Origin: Prasinococcaceae sp. CCMP 1430
Taxonomy: Eukaryota > Plantae > Prasinodermophyta
Reading direction: 5' to 3'
DNA: 17,336 nt
Assembly: GCA_013416795.1 (NCBI GenBank)
Contig: RQSC01000626.1
Span: 33,875-51,210, forward strand
Under the pieces are notes generated by a model. It ran no database searches, was not told the DNA's origin, and worked only from the letters and a program-made list of their open reading frames with translations. The position numbers were made by a program, and so were the translations under genes. Positions 16,716 through 17,336 of the stretch are shown piece after piece. How positions within the stretch are numbered: the stretch's first letter is position 1; each line of letters opens with the position of its first letter.

Positions 16716-17273
16716 CTACGCCTTGTAGCCGCGGCTCGCCCTCCTGCCGCGCGCCTTCTCGAACTTGCGGCCCTTCGCCCTGACGTAGGGCTTCGCGTGC
16801 GAGTGCGGCACGCCCGCGGCGCCGAAGTGCTTGATAGCCTCGCGCGAGTTCTTGGGGCCACGCAGCAGCACGGTACCCTCGCCCTTCGGCGACATGAGCG
16901 CCAGCTGGTCGAAGGTGATCACCTCACCACCGGCCGCGAGGATGCGCGCGCGCGCGGTGGCGGTCACCTTGAGCGCGCACACGCGGATCTTGGGGCACTC
17001 CGAGAGGCGCACGTCGTCGGTGACGGTGCCGACGAGCACGGCGATCTTGGACTCCTTGCCCGCCATGAACTTGGCGAGCTTGGACAGCGACAGCGGGGCG
17101 CGGTTGGTCTTCGACTGGAAGAGGCGCTTGAGGATCACGGCGTTGAAGCCACCACCCACGCGGCGGTCGAGGAACTTGTACAGCTTCACGAGAAGCTTGA
17201 GGTACACATTCTCCGACTTGGGCGCGGTCCTGTGCTTCTTCTTGTTGCGGCCGCCGGCCTCGAGATCGATACC
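16716..17273 (-). CDS. RPL18: 60S ribosomal protein eL18 (exon 2; the ATG exon lies beyond the window end)
   Basis: [35 protein letters not shown]...[52 protein letters not shown]. The frame extends 22 codons upstream of the ORF-track start, to a CCCGCAG| acceptor. Confidence 0.97.
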   Translation of the reverse strand, partial: GIDLEAGGRNKKKHRTAPKSENVYLKLLVKLYKFLDRRVGGGFNAVILKRLFQSKTNRAPLSLSKLAKFMAGKESKIAVLVGTVTDDVRLSECPKIRVCALKVTATARARILAAGGEVITFDQLALMSPKGEGTVLLRGPKNSREAIKHFGAAGVPHSHAKPYVRAKGRKFEKARGRRASRGYKA

Positions 17274-17336
17274 CTGCGGGGCGCGCGAGGGGCGCGGCGT
17301 CGCGGCGGCGGCGACATGCGCGTCGGCGCGCCGGGC
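17274..17336 (-). other. 3' part of RPL18 intron 1 (runs out of the window)
   Basis: C-rich tract ending CCCCGCAG|GGT. The ATG at 17317 is out of frame. Confidence 0.75.

Noticed and set aside
1-17336. CRISPR arrays, transposase/RT/integrase genes, rRNA, tRNA, viral genes
   Set aside because: No repeat-spacer arrays, mobile-element protein motifs or tRNA/rRNA signatures seen. All repeats are simple satellites or the single tandem duplication.

Overview
Very GC-rich, gene-dense, intron-poor eukaryotic nuclear DNA. It is most likely from a green alga (Viridiplantae, prasinophyte-like), judged from the plant-type UBC23/PHO2 and eL18 sequences, the GT-AG introns and TGTAA-type poly(A) signals. 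Eight protein-coding genes strictly alternate in strand: aldehyde dehydrogenase (+, 5'-truncated), RS/RE-rich conserved nuclear protein (-, 1 intron), UBE2O/UBC23-type E2/E3 hybrid (+), ZNF598/Hel2-type RING E3 (-), UBXN7/PUX7-type Cdc48 adaptor (+), orphan coiled-coil protein (-), PPPDE-like Cys-His peptidase-fold protein (+, 1 intron, start hidden in a gap) and ribosomal protein eL18 (-, ATG exon outside the window). The window also has an apparently identical 699-bp tandem duplication (probably an assembly artefact), two N gaps and several microsatellites. The best leads are an HMG-box-like insertion inside the E2/E3 hybrid, a C-terminal NZF/RanBP2 finger on ZNF598, a PPPDE-like domain fused to 22-residue Ala/Val/Thr repeats, and four consecutive or near-consecutive ubiquitin-system genes next to a ribosomal protein gene. 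No CRISPR array, rRNA, tRNA or recognisable transposon was found. All family assignments come from motif recognition; no database searches were run.
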